Positions 61,506 through 64,000 of a stretch of 64,000 nucleotides of DNA are shown here, in pieces (within the stretch, counting starts at the first letter, position 1; the number at the start of each line of letters is the position of its first letter). The stretch is taken from positions 15,434 through 79,433 of the forward strand of contig CALHPU010000049.1 of the NCBI GenBank assembly GCA_938036435.1, in the 5' to 3' direction. The notes beneath the pieces are model-generated. The model saw nothing but the letters and a program-made list of their open reading frames with translations. It was not told where the DNA came from and searched no databases. The translations under genes were made by a program, and so were the position numbers. The stretch comes from an uncultured Pirellulaceae bacterium. Lineage in GTDB: Bacteria > Planctomycetota > Planctomycetia > Pirellulales > Pirellulaceae.

Positions 61506-61738
61506 AAAGACAAAAGTCTTTTGCAAGAGGGTTTATACGCAAGGATCGCAATGGCCGCAAAGAATCTTATGCTTCAGCGTTTTTTCAAACGCAAGTTCTT
61601 TGCGCTCTTCGCGTTCGCCTGTAAAAACAGTGAGGAAATATTGGCGCCGATTTGTTCTTGGCTTTCTGCCGTTGGTGGGTCGTCGCGGAGGAGTTACTTA
61701 ACCACACCCTTCACCTAATCGCTCTGCACTCGATCGCT

Positions 61739-62209
61739 CTACTTTTTCGCCGCAAGTTTGACACCCGCATCGGTAAGCAGCTTGTCAAAGAATGGTTCGC
61801 GTTTCGCTGAAGTAGCCACCGTCGAATCTGAGCTACCATCGAACCGCTTTACTTGAAAACATTCGAAACAGATCACAAAGTCAAGTGTTTTCTTGCCATC
61901 AGCCACCGAAACGCCATGTCGTGGCCAAAAACATTTCGCCATTGCTCCGCTCTCGGCGACACCGGCATTGATCGCTGCCACAATTTCCATTCGCGTTTTG
62001 GCACTCTGAATATTCACTTTTCCCAAAACCGGATACTTGTGAAATTCTTCTTCGACATCTGGTTTAGCAAATGCATTTCCATCAAGCGCATACAGGGTAA
62101 GCGTGGCAGGATTTTTCGTTGAAATGTAGGGCTGATTAGACCAAAGCAAGCCAAACACTACAGCCGCAGCCAGAAAACCGCCGATCAATAATTTGACGGT
62201 GCGAGTCAT
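61739..62209 (-). CDS. Membrane-anchored hypothetical protein
   Basis: N-terminal TM, CFWPRHG and ICFEC motifs. Confidence 0.7.
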   Translation of the reverse strand: MTRTVKLLIGGFLAAAVVFGLLWSNQPYISTKNPATLTLYALDGNAFAKPDVEEEFHKYPVLGKVNIQSAKTRMEIVAAINAGVAESGAMAKCFWPRHGVSVADGKKTLDFVICFECFQVKRFDGSSDSTVATSAKREPFFDKLLTDAGVKLAAKK

Positions 62210-62336
62210 TTCGTTCTCTGTTCAATTACGAAAATTTCAGCCACCAACCGCACCTGAATTTTTTTGAAGTATGGTGGGCAAGTCCTGCCAACTGCGTCGC
62301 GTTGGCAGGAAAGAACGACGTGCGTCCCAGAGGCGA

Positions 62337-63977
62337 TCAGTTGGAGGCACTATTGGTGGAGCGTCTCAAACCCTTTGGGTCGACGACACTTTCGTACCAC
62401 GCCACGCCAAGGCCAACCGCCAAACCAACTCCCAGCATGCCGAAAATCCAGTACTTGACCGGCCAACCTGCGGATACAGATTCCAACCCCAGTTCCGGCA
62501 AGGCAACTGACACGGGAGCCACCGCAGGCTCAACCGAGGCAGCGATCGCAGGTACCGCAGCGACTTCCGTCGACGATTCAGAATCAGCCTTCTTCATCAA
62601 TCGGGCATTCTCATCGGTCAGCGACGCAAACTTCGATTTGGATAGTTTGAGTTGGCGTTCAAGCTGACCGTTTCGACGTGTTGCAGCGGCGAGTTGATTC
62701 TGCAAACCAGTTAGGTCCGGTGATGGAGCCGCCACAGGTGCCGCCGCGGCGAACCCCGTCGCTTCTACTGGAGCAGGCATATTGGACAACCGAGTAACAG
62801 TCGCGTCGAGCTCGCTGTTCTCTGAACGCAATTTACCCAGCATGTCGATCAGCTGACTGTTTTCAGATTCAAGCTGTTGATTTTGCTGCCCCAGTTGTTG
62901 ACTTTGCTGGTCAAGCTGCTTGTTGTCTGCCCGTAACTCATCCAACTCAGGATTCGATTGCGGTGCTGACATGTCAGCTGCGCTGGCCTTAACTTCTTCA
63001 AGTTTCAAACTGAGCTGTTTGTTGATCGTGTTTAGTTCGCTGTTAGCATTTTTGGATTCCTCTAGAAGCTCTTTCAAGTCGGCAAGCTGGGCATCGTCAC
63101 CAGAGCTCATGCTGGCGATTTGAGTTTCCTTCTCACGCAACGCGTTTTGCAAGGTCGTAATCTGTCCACTCAACTCATCGTTCTTATTTCTAAACTGTTG
63201 AATATTTTGGGTCAGCTGAGTCACCCGCTGGTCACTGCCAGCGGCCATCTGTACCGATTTCTGCAATTCAACAATCTGCTGTTCCAGTTCGCCACTGACC
63301 TGCTTTTGACGTTCAAGATCAGCCGTACTCGTTTGTAGGGCCGTAACCGCACTTTGGAGCTGGCTATTGAGCTGGACCATTCGCTCTTTGAGTTCGCCCA
63401 TTTGCTGTTGAGCTTCGGAAGCTGTGGCTCTGGCAGCAGCCAATTCCTCCGAATCTCCCGAATCGGTCATATCGCCCGATTGTTGAAGTGTCGAAATCTC
63501 ACCTTCGAGCTCTTGGTTCTTACGGGCAACTTCCTCCAACTTGAGCTGGTACTTCTGCATCAAATCACGTGCTTTAACCAGTGAACGTTTAAGTTCGACG
63601 ATTTCTGGCGAATTAGCGACTGGAGCCGACGATTGTGGTGGCTGTGGTGCTACCTGAGCCGGTACCCCCTGAACTGGCGGCTGGTAGATCGGAGTCTGGT
63701 TCTGCTGTGGATAATAGAACTGCTGAGTGCTTGGGATCGTCTGATACTGAGGCACTGATTGCAAGGTTTGCCGCTGCTGAAAAATCCGTTGTTGAGGATA
63801 GGTTATCTGCGGAGAGCTCTGGTTAAAGCTGTCCGCGGGCGGCCGATAAACGTTAGACGGTAACCGCTGTGCGGAAGCTGAATCGCCCGCGAAGCTGAAC
63901 ACACATAAAACAAACAAGCAAAATACTTGATAGACACGCGGGCTGAAGGTGATTCGGCAGCGATTTGAATTAACCAT
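62337..63977 (-). CDS. Secreted long coiled-coil protein with C-terminal TM anchor
   Basis: Signal peptide (ASA-Q), Q/P-rich linker, heptad-rich helices, C-terminal YWIFGMLGVGLAVGLGVAW. Confidence 0.75.
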   Translation of the reverse strand: MVNSNRCRITFSPRVYQVFCLFVLCVFSFAGDSASAQRLPSNVYRPPADSFNQSSPQITYPQQRIFQQRQTLQSVPQYQTIPSTQQFYYPQQNQTPIYQPPVQGVPAQVAPQPPQSSAPVANSPEIVELKRSLVKARDLMQKYQLKLEEVARKNQELEGEISTLQQSGDMTDSGDSEELAAARATASEAQQQMGELKERMVQLNSQLQSAVTALQTSTADLERQKQVSGELEQQIVELQKSVQMAAGSDQRVTQLTQNIQQFRNKNDELSGQITTLQNALREKETQIASMSSGDDAQLADLKELLEESKNANSELNTINKQLSLKLEEVKASAADMSAPQSNPELDELRADNKQLDQQSQQLGQQNQQLESENSQLIDMLGKLRSENSELDATVTRLSNMPAPVEATGFAAAAPVAAPSPDLTGLQNQLAAATRRNGQLERQLKLSKSKFASLTDENARLMKKADSESSTEVAAVPAIAASVEPAVAPVSVALPELGLESVSAGWPVKYWIFGMLGVGLAVGLGVAWYESVVDPKGLRRSTNSASN

Positions 63978-64000
63978 AGGATTGATTCTAGAGTGATAGG

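Noticed and set aside
61537-61612. Imperfect inverted repeat CGCAAAGAA...TTCTTTGCG after xylA
   Set aside because: Too degenerate to call as a terminator or repeat family from one copy.

Overview
A 64-kb bacterial chromosome segment, very probably from a planctomycete (Pirellulaceae-like). The evidence is an RLxxxExLEDRxML leader, an ECF sigma + Ser/Thr kinase pair, and PEP-CTERM and dockerin-like tags. Three accessory modules stand out. (1) 0.6-13.2 kb: an ABC-less type I-like secretion cluster (short SecA paralogue, probable PqqD/RRE-like + M50 peptidase + HlyD fusion, two more HlyD adaptors, TolC) next to a Gln/Gly/Pro repeat protein with a LEPR-XLL-type leader. (2) 15.2-17.5 kb: two paralogous secreted proteins with the same N-terminal domain and a near-identical terminator but different C-terminal tags (PEP-CTERM versus dockerin-like). 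(3) 28.8-37.5 kb: an RND efflux locus split by a REP-associated tyrosine transposase (RAYT), whose CGT(T/A)G-footed REPs lie around it and also inside the permease and adaptor coding sequences. The rest is mostly metabolic or housekeeping: GH117, a DEAD-box helicase, Tex, ppc, ilvC, ilvA, dcd, a sodium:solute symporter and xylA. I saw no rRNA, tRNA or CRISPR array. All product calls are from motif recognition by eye, with no database search.
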